From positions 18,292 through 82,291 of the forward strand of contig JAVBTN010000004.1 of assembly GCA_031556185.1 (NCBI GenBank): 64,000 nt of DNA, in the 5' to 3' direction. Position numbers and translations under genes: made by a program. A model generated the notes under the pieces. The model saw only the letters and a list, made by a program, of their open reading frames with translations. It did not search any database and was not told the origin of the DNA. The DNA comes from Oscillospiraceae bacterium. Its GTDB lineage: Bacteria > Bacillota > Clostridia > Oscillospirales > UBA929. Positions within the stretch are counted from its first letter, which is position 1, and each line of letters opens with the position of its first letter. Below, one piece after another: positions 39,069 through 47,550 of the stretch.

Positions 39069-40160
39069 TTACACGCAGTCGCGCGCGGCATCGGCAAAGG
39101 CTTTGAGATTCTCGGGCGGGGCGTTGAAGAAATGGTCGCTTGCGCTGAGGATATAGCCGCCGTTTTGCCCAAAAATGTCGTACAGACGGTGAACCTCCCG
39201 GGCAATCTGTTCGTGAGTTCCCTGCTCGAGAAGATGAAACTGGTCCATGCCGCCAATCAGCGCCACATGGGGGGACAGGTCACGGTACACCTGTCGGGCG
39301 GCCGCATCGTCTCCAATGTCTCCGCCCACACCTGTGGGGGAGAGCGTTTCGGAGGCCGCGCAGCCGTTTTGCGCAATGAGATGTGTTATTTTGCACATGC
39401 CGCCGCACGTGTGGTAGACCGACGGAAACCCGGCCTTGCGAATGACGGCGTGCATGCGCTTGTCATACGGCAGGCAGAACTCCTCGTGCAGCTCGGGTGA
39501 GATGAGTGTGTTGCTGGCGGCGCCGCCCCCTGTCTCGATGAGATCAAACGGCAGACCGGGCAGGTTTTCTTCTATATAACGGATTTTTTGCGACAGCAGA
39601 ATCTCCATAAACGCGTGCACCCAGTCGGGGTCGTCAAACGTGGCCAAAATGAGAGATTCGGCGCCAAACAGCTCGCAGGCGTCCTGCCAGCAACCGCCCT
39701 GTGCGCCGCAGATAAAGGTGCGCAGGATGCCGCTGTCGCCCAGCCGGTCGTAGACGGCCATGGCGCCCGCGCGGTTGAGGACGGGTATCGGCTGGTAACG
39801 CGCCAGCAGCTCGATGTCCTCCGGGCGTTTGATCAGATGGTCTATCACCCAGGTGGTCATGTCGTTGCGCCCATGACGGCAGGTGAGTGTGCCCCCGGGC
39901 GTCTCAATGACAGTGTCCAGGATGTCACAGTTGGGGCCGGCGGCGTGCGTCGTTACTGCTTTCCATGTATCGCTTTCCGCAGGAAGCGTCTCATAGTAGG
40001 TGATAGACGCGTCAAGTCCACAGTAGGCGTTGGCCTCAATGTCGGTCATGTTCTGCATATAGTTTTTGAGATGAAAGGGCTGCCACTGGTGAATTGTCAC
40101 AGGCAGACGGTCGGGTTTTTCCCGGTTCAGCGCGGTAAGCATTCGGTCTCTGGAGGTCAT
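39069..40160 (-). CDS. Uroporphyrinogen decarboxylase (URO-D/MtaA-like) family protein
   Basis: Starts MTSRDRMLTALNREKPDRLPV at the internal ATG 40160. Its size fits a URO-D-like TIM barrel. Lies 34 nt upstream of the GH38 gene. Confidence 0.7.
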   Translation of the reverse strand: MTSRDRMLTALNREKPDRLPVTIHQWQPFHLKNYMQNMTDIEANAYCGLDASITYYETLPAESDTWKAVTTHAAGPNCDILDTVIETPGGTLTCRHGRNDMTTWVIDHLIKRPEDIELLARYQPIPVLNRAGAMAVYDRLGDSGILRTFICGAQGGCWQDACELFGAESLILATFDDPDWVHAFMEILLSQKIRYIEENLPGLPFDLIETGGGAASNTLISPELHEEFCLPYDKRMHAVIRKAGFPSVYHTCGGMCKITHLIAQNGCAASETLSPTGVGGDIGDDAAARQVYRDLSPHVALIGGMDQFHLLEQGTHEQIAREVHRLYDIFGQNGGYILSASDHFFNAPPENLKAFADAARDCV

Positions 40161-40268
40161 GATACACCCTCTCCCATACAATTGTACACGTGTAATGTAA
40201 ATATAACAAATGAAGGAACGGAATGCAATGCTCAGAAAACAAACAAACAAAATGCGCAAAGAAAAATG

Positions 40269-40297
40269 TTGCATTGTTCTGTCCTTAACGTTATACT
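40269..40297 (+). promoter_or_regulatory. Sigma-A-type promoter upstream of the aquaporin gene
   Basis: TTGCAT, a 17-nt spacer, then TATACT. Confidence 0.5.
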
Positions 40298-40341
40298 ATA
40301 GCATATGTATCTATATGGATGATTAATCTGGAGGGGAAAGT

Positions 40342-41013
40342 ATGAAAAAATACCTGGCAGAATTCATTGGCACAGCTGTGTTGGTACTTATGGGCTGCGG
40401 CAGCGCCGTATTCTTGGGTTGCGCGCCAGAGGGCGGCCACCTGGCTGTCGCACTGGCTTTCGGCCTGTCCATTGTGGCCATGGCCTATGTGATTGGCAAT
40501 ATCTCCGGCTGCCACATCAACCCTGCGGTTTCCTTTGCCATGTTACTCAACAAGAAGCTGAGCGCCAAGGATTTTTGCGGTTACGTCATCGCGCAGGTGG
40601 CTGGCGCCATTGCCGGCGCCGCTGTTCTCAAGTATTTGTCCACAGCGGCCAAACTGGATCTGACCGGCGGTTTGGGTTCCAACGGCATTGCCAATGTCGG
40701 CGTGGTCGGTGGGCTCGTCGTGGAAGTCGTGCTGACGTTCATCTTCCTGTTCACCATTTTGGGCGTCACTTCAGATGAGAAAAAAGGAAGCGTGGCCGGC
40801 ATTGTCATTGGCCTGACGCTCACCTTTGTCCACATTGTGGGCATCCCTCTGACCGGTACGTCGGTCAACCCCGCCCGCAGTATTGGCCCGGCTATTTTTG
40901 CCGGCGGTGCCGCGTTGTCCGATCTATGGGTGTTTATTGTCGGCCCGCTCGTGGGCGCAGCACTGGCTGTGATGGCATACAAGCTGGTGCGCGAAAAAGT
41001 CAGCGCCGAATAA
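40342..41013 (+). CDS. aqpZ: Aquaporin / MIP family channel
   Basis: Two NPA boxes (HINPAVS, SVNPARS) and six TM segments. Confidence 0.85.
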   Translation: MKKYLAEFIGTAVLVLMGCGSAVFLGCAPEGGHLAVALAFGLSIVAMAYVIGNISGCHINPAVSFAMLLNKKLSAKDFCGYVIAQVAGAIAGAAVLKYLSTAAKLDLTGGLGSNGIANVGVVGGLVVEVVLTFIFLFTILGVTSDEKKGSVAGIVIGLTLTFVHIVGIPLTGTSVNPARSIGPAIFAGGAALSDLWVFIVGPLVGAALAVMAYKLVREKVSAE

Positions 41014-41024
41014 ATGGAAAAACG

Positions 41025-41053
41025 AAACGCCCCCGATCGGGGGCGTTTTTTTT
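41025..41053. terminator. Bidirectional intrinsic terminator (aqpZ / nadC)
   Basis: aaacgccccc-gatc-gggggcgttt followed by T8. Confidence 0.85.
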
Positions 41054-41077
41054 GCGGAGAGAATTCATATGGCGCGG

Positions 41078-41905
41078 TTACAGTTCCAGCCGCAGACTGA
41101 TGTCGAGCGCCTGTACACTGTGTGTCAAAGCGCCGATCGAGATGATATCGACCCCTGTGGCGGCCACGGAGGCCAGGTCACGCGTACCCATATTGCCGGA
41201 CGCTTCTGTCAACGCGCGACCGGCGACCTCTCGCACCGCCTCAGACATGGTGGCGTCGTCCATGTTATCGAGCATGATGATGTCCGCGCCGGCACGCAGC
41301 GCCTGGCGCACTTCGTCCAGACAGGAGGTCTCCACTTCAATTTTGAGGGTATGGGGGATGCGCGCGCGCGCGGCGGACACGGCTTTTTCAATGCCCCCGG
41401 CGGCGACAATGTGGTTGTCCTTGATGAGGACACCATCGGACAGGTTGAAACGGTGGTTGCGACCGCCACCCGTGCGCACTGCGTATTTTTCCAGCGCCCG
41501 CAGACCCGGCGTGGTCTTGCGCGTGTCGGTGACAGACACGTTGGTGCCTTGCACGGCCTTGACGGCCCCGGCCGTAGCGGTGGCGATACCGGACAGATGC
41601 TGCAACAGATTGAGCGCCGTGCGTTCGCCCGTGAGGATGGCCCCGGCGGGGCCTTCCAACTCGGCGATGATGTCACCGACAGCCACCGTGTCGCCGTCGC
41701 GGAAGTGGGCCGAAAAGGAAATCCTGTCGTCCAGCAACGCGAACACGCGGCCAACGACGTCCAGCCCGCAGAGTACACCGCACGACTTGGCCACAAAGCG
41801 GCCTTTGATGTGCCGGTCGCCCGGCACGCAGCTCTCGGTCGTCAGATCACCTGAGCCGATGTCCTCCCGAAGGGCATGTATGAGGATGTCGTCATAAAGG
41901 TTCAT
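41078..41905 (-). CDS. nadC: Nicotinate-nucleotide pyrophosphorylase (carboxylating)
   Basis: Starts MNLYDDIL at ATG 41905. Motifs TRKTTPGLR and IMLDNM. Confidence 0.9.
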   Translation of the reverse strand: MNLYDDILIHALREDIGSGDLTTESCVPGDRHIKGRFVAKSCGVLCGLDVVGRVFALLDDRISFSAHFRDGDTVAVGDIIAELEGPAGAILTGERTALNLLQHLSGIATATAGAVKAVQGTNVSVTDTRKTTPGLRALEKYAVRTGGGRNHRFNLSDGVLIKDNHIVAAGGIEKAVSAARARIPHTLKIEVETSCLDEVRQALRAGADIIMLDNMDDATMSEAVREVAGRALTEASGNMGTRDLASVAATGVDIISIGALTHSVQALDISLRLEL

Positions 41906-41907
41906 GT

Positions 41908-43443
41908 CTAGTCCTCCCTGTAATGCGCGCCGACGCTCTTTTCGCGCGCCAGCGCCGCGGACAGTATTTCCTTGGCCACCATGGCCATGCCGTAGGCCTC
42001 CCAATGGGCCGTTGTATAGAGATTCTGATGATCCATGGCATTGATGAAGCTTTGCATTTGCCCCAGTCCGGCAATCAGGTCGCCGGTGTGGCGAATGACA
42101 CCGGCGTCGCGATTGGCAATCAGCGCCACTTGACGGCGGATTTCGTCCGGCGGTGGTCCCTGATGGAACAGTCCGTCTGTGGGCGGGATTGAGAAGGGGC
42201 CCTCCCATCTGGCGGGGGCGCACGCGCTGATGTGTTGCGCAGCGCGGCGGCCAAAGACAAGACATTCCAGCATGGAGTTGGAGGCCAGGCGGTTGGCACC
42301 GTGCACGCCTGTGCACGCGACCTCACCGCAGGCATACAGTCCGGGCAACGTGGTTTCGGCGTGCAAGTCGGTGCGCAGACCGCCCACCAGGTAGTGCTGG
42401 GCGGGGCGCACGGGAATCATGGACTGAGAGATGTTGAGACCCAGACTCAGGCAGTGGCCGGTGATTGTAGGAAAGCGTGTCGCGAGAAATTCATAGGGCT
42501 TGTCCGTGATATCCAAAAATACGCAGGGGGTCTGTGTTTTTTCCATCTCGCGGACAATGGCGCGGGCCACAATATCGCGCGGCGCCAGCTCGGCCATGGG
42601 ATGTTGCCCCAACATAAAACGTTCGCCTGCTGCGTTTTTGAGCAGCCCGCCCTCGCCGCGCACTGCCTCGGAAATGAGGAAGGCGCGGTCTGTCTCGACA
42701 GTGCTGTACAGCGCCGTGGGGTGAAACTGAATAAACTCCATATTTTCCGCCTGCGCCCCCGCGCGCAACGCCGCCGCCAGGCCCTCACCGGTTGACACCG
42801 AGGGGTTTGTGGTGCGGTTGCCATAGACCTGGCCGATGCCGCCGGTGCAAAGCACGACGGCGCGACCCAGCACGGCCTTGAAGACGCCGTCATAAATGAG
42901 GATGCCGCAGGCGCGCCCGCCGTTGGTCAGAATATCGACCAAAAAGGCGTGCGACATAAAGCGAATGTTCGGTCGACCGACCGAGAGCGTCGCCAGCACT
43001 TTGACCGTCTCGCGGCCGGTGGCGTCACCGCCGGCGTGGACAATGCGGTTTCGTGTGTGCCCGCCTTCGCGGGTAATTTGCAGTTCGCCCGAGTCCTGCA
43101 GGTCAAAGGGAACCTGCAGTTTGACCAGTGAGGCAATGGCCTCCGGAGCCTCCTCCACCAGTACGCGAACAGCGTTTTCGTCACACAGGCCGGCGCCTGC
43201 CACCAGCGTGTCCTCCAAGTGGATATCAGGACGATCGTCCGTCGCGATGGCGGCGGCGATGCCACCCTGCGCCAGCCAGGAGTTGCTTAGGTCGAGCCCC
43301 TCTTTGGTGACGATTGTGCAAGTCAGGCGCGCGTCCATGTTGAGCGCGGTGTAGAGTCCCGCCATACCACTGCCCACAATGACAACATCGGTGTGCAGCG
43401 TTTCGGCAATGACCATGTCGCGCGGCCATACAGTCTTTCTCAT
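41908..43443 (-). CDS. nadB: L-aspartate oxidase
   Basis: FAD motif DVVIVGSGMAGL and GLYACGEVACTGVHGANRLASNS. ATG 43443 forms an ATGA overlap with the nadA stop. Confidence 0.9.
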   Translation of the reverse strand: MRKTVWPRDMVIAETLHTDVVIVGSGMAGLYTALNMDARLTCTIVTKEGLDLSNSWLAQGGIAAAIATDDRPDIHLEDTLVAGAGLCDENAVRVLVEEAPEAIASLVKLQVPFDLQDSGELQITREGGHTRNRIVHAGGDATGRETVKVLATLSVGRPNIRFMSHAFLVDILTNGGRACGILIYDGVFKAVLGRAVVLCTGGIGQVYGNRTTNPSVSTGEGLAAALRAGAQAENMEFIQFHPTALYSTVETDRAFLISEAVRGEGGLLKNAAGERFMLGQHPMAELAPRDIVARAIVREMEKTQTPCVFLDITDKPYEFLATRFPTITGHCLSLGLNISQSMIPVRPAQHYLVGGLRTDLHAETTLPGLYACGEVACTGVHGANRLASNSMLECLVFGRRAAQHISACAPARWEGPFSIPPTDGLFHQGPPPDEIRRQVALIANRDAGVIRHTGDLIAGLGQMQSFINAMDHQNLYTTAHWEAYGMAMVAKEILSAALAREKSVGAHYRED

Positions 43444-44348
43444 AACCGGCACCTCACCATGCGCTCGAGCGTCGTGCGGGCGCCGTCTGCAACGTTGGGA
43501 TCGATCTCAATGGCTTCATGCTCAGTTTGCAGCGCGTCGTATATGTCTTGCAGAGTTGTCTTTTTCATGTTGGGGCAGACGAAGCCCGACTTGAGCAAAA
43601 AGACTTCCTTGTCCGGGACGCGGTGCTGGAGTCGCTCCACCACGCCGATTTCCGTGCCGATGATGAACGACTTGGCTGTGTCGCGCTCCACATAGTTAAG
43701 CAGCTCGGAAGTGGAACCGACAAAGTCGGCAATGTCCACCACATCCGGCCGACATTCCGGATGGACGATGACTTTTGCCTCGGGATGCGCCTGCCGCGCC
43801 GCCTGCACATGTATCGGCAAAACAGCGTGATGAACAGGGCAGAATCCGCTGAAAAATATAAACCGCTTGTCGGGCACCTGGCGCGCCACATACTGCCCCA
43901 GGTTCTGGTCGGGTAAAAACACTATTTCATCTCCGGGCAGGTTTTGGGCGATGCGCACGGCTGAGGAGGAGGTGCAGCAGATATCGCACTGCGCTTTGAC
44001 AGCGGCAGAAGAGTTGACATAACACATGAAAGTGGCGTGAGGGTGCTTTTTGCGCAACGCCGTCACATCCTCCGGTGTCACCATATCGGCCATGGGACAG
44101 CCCGCATCGGGTGCCGGCAGCAGTACGGTCTTTTGGGCGTTTAGCAGTTTGGCGCTCTCGGCCATGAACCGCACACCGCAAACGACGATCAAGTCCTGCT
44201 CCGAGACCTGCGCGCGGCGCGCCATCTCGAAAGAATCACCCACCACATGCGCTATGTCCTGGATGTCCATGGTTTGATAAAAATGAGCCAGAATCAACGC
44301 GTTTTTTTCGCGCGCCAGTTGCACGATGTCTTCTTGCAAGGCGTTCAT
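43440..44348 (-). CDS. nadA: Quinolinate synthase
   Basis: Starts MNALQEDI after AGGAGA. Motifs ILAHFYQ and MCYVNSSA. Confidence 0.9.
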   Translation of the reverse strand: MNALQEDIVQLAREKNALILAHFYQTMDIQDIAHVVGDSFEMARRAQVSEQDLIVVCGVRFMAESAKLLNAQKTVLLPAPDAGCPMADMVTPEDVTALRKKHPHATFMCYVNSSAAVKAQCDICCTSSSAVRIAQNLPGDEIVFLPDQNLGQYVARQVPDKRFIFFSGFCPVHHAVLPIHVQAARQAHPEAKVIVHPECRPDVVDIADFVGSTSELLNYVERDTAKSFIIGTEIGVVERLQHRVPDKEVFLLKSGFVCPNMKKTTLQDIYDALQTEHEAIEIDPNVADGARTTLERMVRCRL

Positions 44349-44414
44349 GGGAAAAATCTCCTTTACATATTGAGACAACTGGGCAAGCCGCCGCCTGCCC
44401 AGTTGCATAACTGC

Positions 44415-44861
44415 CTATTTGTGTTCGTGGTGGCCGCAGCAATGCGGATCGGCGCATTCAGTTTCAATTTCCAGCGGTTCTGAACACGTGGGGCAGGTGA
44501 TCCCACCCTTTTCCAACATGTCCTCGGTAACGGTGAACGCTTTGCCGCACTTGGGACATTCAACGTTATAGCTGAAATCTTCGTCATCGTCGTCCGCATC
44601 GCCGGTCAACAGTTTTACAAATTGCTCCATGCCCTCCGACAGCGCATCAATCTCGTCTTCCATGTCGTCGAGTTTGTCGTCGAGATCGTCAACGTCATCT
44701 TTCAGCTTGCGGTTTGTCTCCTCCACATCGGAGAGCTTGTCCGCCATGTCCTCCAACAAGTCGATTATGGCTAACAGTACGCCGCCCTCTTTGGTGGCTT
44801 CGTCCAGCGCCAGCCCTTTGGCCAGCCCCTTGAGGTAGCCGACCTTCTTTTGATAGCTCAT
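44415..44861 (-). CDS. Acidic coiled-coil / zinc-ribbon protein (resembles proteins annotated 'CD1247 N-terminal domain-containing')
   Basis: N-terminal GYLKGLAKGLALDE. Asp/Glu-rich helix. CPKCG...CPTCS zinc ribbon. C-terminal HCCGHHEHK tail. Confidence 0.6.
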   Translation of the reverse strand: MSYQKKVGYLKGLAKGLALDEATKEGGVLLAIIDLLEDMADKLSDVEETNRKLKDDVDDLDDKLDDMEDEIDALSEGMEQFVKLLTGDADDDDEDFSYNVECPKCGKAFTVTEDMLEKGGITCPTCSEPLEIETECADPHCCGHHEHK

Positions 44862-44890
44862 GTATTTTGATCCTTTCCCTGATCCGTGTG

Positions 44891-45457
44891 TCAGTTTCCT
44901 TTGGCACGCTCCATATACTCGCCTGTGCGTGTGTCAATGCGGATAAACTCGCCCTGGTTGATAAAAATGGGCACACGAATGGTTGCTCCGGTTTCCAATG
45001 TGACGGGCTTGGTGACGTTGTTGGCCGTATCGCCGCGCACACCGGGCTCGGCCTCTGTGATCTCCAGCTCGACAAAGACAGGCGGCTCGACATTAAATAC
45101 ACTGCCTTTGTACGACACCACTTTGCATTCCATGTTCTCCTTGACAAATTGGAAACCATCGCCCAGCACATCGCGGTTGATGGGAATCTGTTCAAAGGTC
45201 TCGGTGTCCATAAAGTAGTACAGGTCGCCATCAGCATACAGATATTGCATGTCGCGGCGCTCAACAAAAGCGTTTTCAAATTTGTCACTGGGGTTGAAGG
45301 TGCGCTCCACAACGCCGCCGCCAATCACATTTTTCAACTTGCAGCGCACAAAGGCCGCGCCCTTTCCCGGTTTAACGTGCTGAAACTCCATGACTTGAAG
45401 CACCTGACCGTCCATTTCAAATGTGACACCATTGCGAAAATCACCGGCTGAAATCAT
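44891..45457 (-). CDS. efp: Elongation factor P
   Basis: [17 protein letters not shown] ... [10 protein letters not shown] loop. 188 aa. Confidence 0.95.
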   Translation of the reverse strand: MISAGDFRNGVTFEMDGQVLQVMEFQHVKPGKGAAFVRCKLKNVIGGGVVERTFNPSDKFENAFVERRDMQYLYADGDLYYFMDTETFEQIPINRDVLGDGFQFVKENMECKVVSYKGSVFNVEPPVFVELEITEAEPGVRGDTANNVTKPVTLETGATIRVPIFINQGEFIRIDTRTGEYMERAKGN

Positions 45458-45510
45458 TGAATAATACCTCCATACCGCATTCGCGGCAAATTTGCATATC
45501 TCTACTGTAC

Positions 45511-45539
45511 TGATTTTATATGATTAACTGAAGTTTAGC
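45511..45539 (-). promoter_or_regulatory. Sigma-A-type promoter upstream of efp
   Basis: On the minus strand: TTGCTA, a 17-nt spacer, then TAAAAT. Confidence 0.45.
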
Positions 45540-45868
45540 AATAGAAAAATGGATGTTGTGTAATTTACCGTCGGAACATTTTGTCAATCACAGCGTCAAA
45601 CGGAACATGGAAGGGGATTTTTCTCATGAAAAAGCCACAACCGGCCAATCATTTTGTCGCCGGCAGTCCCCGGACGTACACGAAGCGGAGGCGTAGCCGG
45701 CGCTGTTTGCAGCATCTTTCGTGTGCTCGATGCCGGCGCCGCAGGGCAGAAAGAATGTGCGCAAACGCTGGTCTCATTATTTGTGGTTGGCCAAACTCTA
45801 TGCAAAAATAACGAGATTTGAGGCAAAAACACCCCTGAAATCATACAATGATCACGGGGGTGTCATTA

Positions 45869-46189
45869 ATGTCGGAAGAAGCGAATAAAAATGAAAATGA
45901 TATCAAGCTGCTTAACGAACTGTGGGGGCGAGTGAGTCCTCGCCTGCAAATACCGGGTGTCGAAACGGTGAGAGACGAGGCAGGGCAAAAACCGGCGCCC
46001 ACGCTTTTGCTGGTCGGGCTGGCGGTGTTGGCGGCGCTCGGCGGCCGAACACCTCCGACGCGCGCGGTTTCGAACCGGTCGACAACCGGGGCGCCGGTGG
46101 CAACGCCGCCGGTGCGGCCCGAGAATCCGTGGCGTGGGGCGGAATCTATACGGCGCAAGCGGTATACCGGATTTTTTGTCGAAGAGTGA
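45869..46189 (+). CDS. Hypothetical small single-pass membrane protein (weak call)
   Basis: ATG 45869 lies 8 nt after GGGGG. G/C-rich third codon positions match neighbouring genes. One TM (PTLLLVGLAVLAALGG). No recognisable family. Its stop abuts the stop of the convergent kinase-like gene. Confidence 0.3.
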   Translation: MSEEANKNENDIKLLNELWGRVSPRLQIPGVETVRDEAGQKPAPTLLLVGLAVLAALGGRTPPTRAVSNRSTTGAPVATPPVRPENPWRGAESIRRKRYTGFFVEE

Positions 46190-47311
46190 TCATGGCGTCC
46201 ATGATGTGGGATGAAACAGCGGGTGCCCGCCGGGAATGCTGTCTGATAATTCGACCATTGCGTGGGAGTAACCGCCCACGTAATCATAGGTCGCCGACAG
46301 TTCATGCACCAACTCGGATGAGCGGGTGGTACGGCGCAGCGAGACGGTGACCGAAGTGCCCACGCCTTGCCGAGATTCGAGCATGACAGCGCCGCCGTGC
46401 AGCTCTGCGATCATGCGCACCATGGGAAGCCCAAGCCCGAACGGATGACCGCCCGGTCGGTGCGACGCGTGCGCGCGAAACAGGTGAACCAGCTGATCCG
46501 GCGGAATGCCTTCGCCATTGTCCGCCACACGCAGCGTGACGAATCCTTTGTCAGCGGAGACGGAGAGTGTGATGCGGCCATGCTTCGGCGTGTGTTTGAG
46601 CGCGTTTGACAGCAGATTCAGCAGCATGCGCTCAACGGCCTGGTCGTCAAAGGCCAGCCAGATGGACATGTCCGGGCAGTCATAGTACAGCTTGACGTCC
46701 AGTACCTCGGCAAACGGCGCGGCCGAATCGAGTACCTCCTGTGCAAAGGTGCTCAGGTTTCGCTCCGTGAAACGCAGCGTCAACCCTCCGGAGGCGTAGC
46801 GCGGCAACTCGGTCAGGTTGTTGGACAGCCTGAGCAGGCGATAGCAATTTTGTGTCAAAATGGAAAAGTACTTGCGGCTCTTTTCATCCTGCGAAGCCTC
46901 CAGGCGGGATGAGAGCAAGTTGACGGTCATCAGCATGGGTGTCAGCGGGGCGCGGATTTCTCCGCCGAGCGAGAACATGGCCGACAGGGAGAGATGCCCC
47001 GGCGTCTCAACCGCCGGCTCGTGGGGGTACAGGGTTATAAATACCTGCCCGCCCAGGAGGCCGCTTTGCACGTCGAACAGCGCGTCGGCGGCCGGCAACC
47101 CAAAAAAAACGGTGCCTCTGCCCTCCAACGCGCCGACAATCAGCTGTTCGGCTGTATCGGCCGGCAGCAGTTCAGACAGCGGGCGACCCAAAAAGCGGTC
47201 GCCCAGTTTTCGGGCGGCGGCCCGGTTGACATACGTCACAAGGCCGTCTTCCAGCAGGAGGGCGGCCAGCGGCATCTCATCGAAAAATTGTTGGAAACCG
47301 ACGTCGTTCAT
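46190..47311 (-). CDS. Cytoplasmic PAS + HisKA-like + HATPase_c protein lacking the phospho-acceptor histidine
   Basis: Starts MNDVGFQQ at ATG 47311. No TM segment. The H-box reads SLGGEIRAPLT instead of SHE(L/I)R.PLT. N-box LLSNALKHT, G1 DNGEGI and G2 GLGLPMV are intact. Confidence 0.7.
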   Translation of the reverse strand: MNDVGFQQFFDEMPLAALLLEDGLVTYVNRAAARKLGDRFLGRPLSELLPADTAEQLIVGALEGRGTVFFGLPAADALFDVQSGLLGGQVFITLYPHEPAVETPGHLSLSAMFSLGGEIRAPLTPMLMTVNLLSSRLEASQDEKSRKYFSILTQNCYRLLRLSNNLTELPRYASGGLTLRFTERNLSTFAQEVLDSAAPFAEVLDVKLYYDCPDMSIWLAFDDQAVERMLLNLLSNALKHTPKHGRITLSVSADKGFVTLRVADNGEGIPPDQLVHLFRAHASHRPGGHPFGLGLPMVRMIAELHGGAVMLESRQGVGTSVTVSLRRTTRSSELVHELSATYDYVGGYSHAMVELSDSIPGGHPLFHPTSWTP

Positions 47312-47487
47312 AGATTCACTCCGGTAACGGCAGCTTTGCGCGCGGACTGCCGCGCGATGACCCGACAATAGTATACGCTGATTCTCGACAATTTTCAACA
47401 AATTATGCGAATGTGTTTTCAGGTATCCCGTGTCGGGCGGGCACCATTTGATAACTTGCCCTGAATAGCCGGATTCATGTCTGCATG

Positions 47488-47524
47488 AAAAAAAGCCGCC
47501 CGGGCCATGACAACCCTGGGCGGC
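47488..47524 (-). terminator. Intrinsic terminator after the DUF4130 gene
   Basis: Minus strand: gccgcccaggg...cccgggcggc followed by T7. Confidence 0.75.
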
Positions 47525-47550
47525 AGAGACGGGGCAAAACTGTGTTTTGA

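Noticed and set aside
45626-45811. A 61-codon ORF (MKKPQPANHF...) with a GGAAGGGGA upstream.
   Set aside because: The Arg/Cys-rich composition is atypical of neighbouring genes and no family is recognised. It is more likely non-coding leader or UTR sequence.
45848-46190. Possible tmRNA or RNase P RNA in the unassigned GC-rich stretch. The stretch is ~330 nt, has terminator-like ends, and contains a 'gct gct taa' that looks like an ...AA-stop tag.
   Set aside because: An in-frame TGA lies two codons upstream of the putative tag end. There is no GGGG acceptor start, no T-arm and no CCA end. The RNase P GAGGAAAGTCC-type core is absent on either strand.
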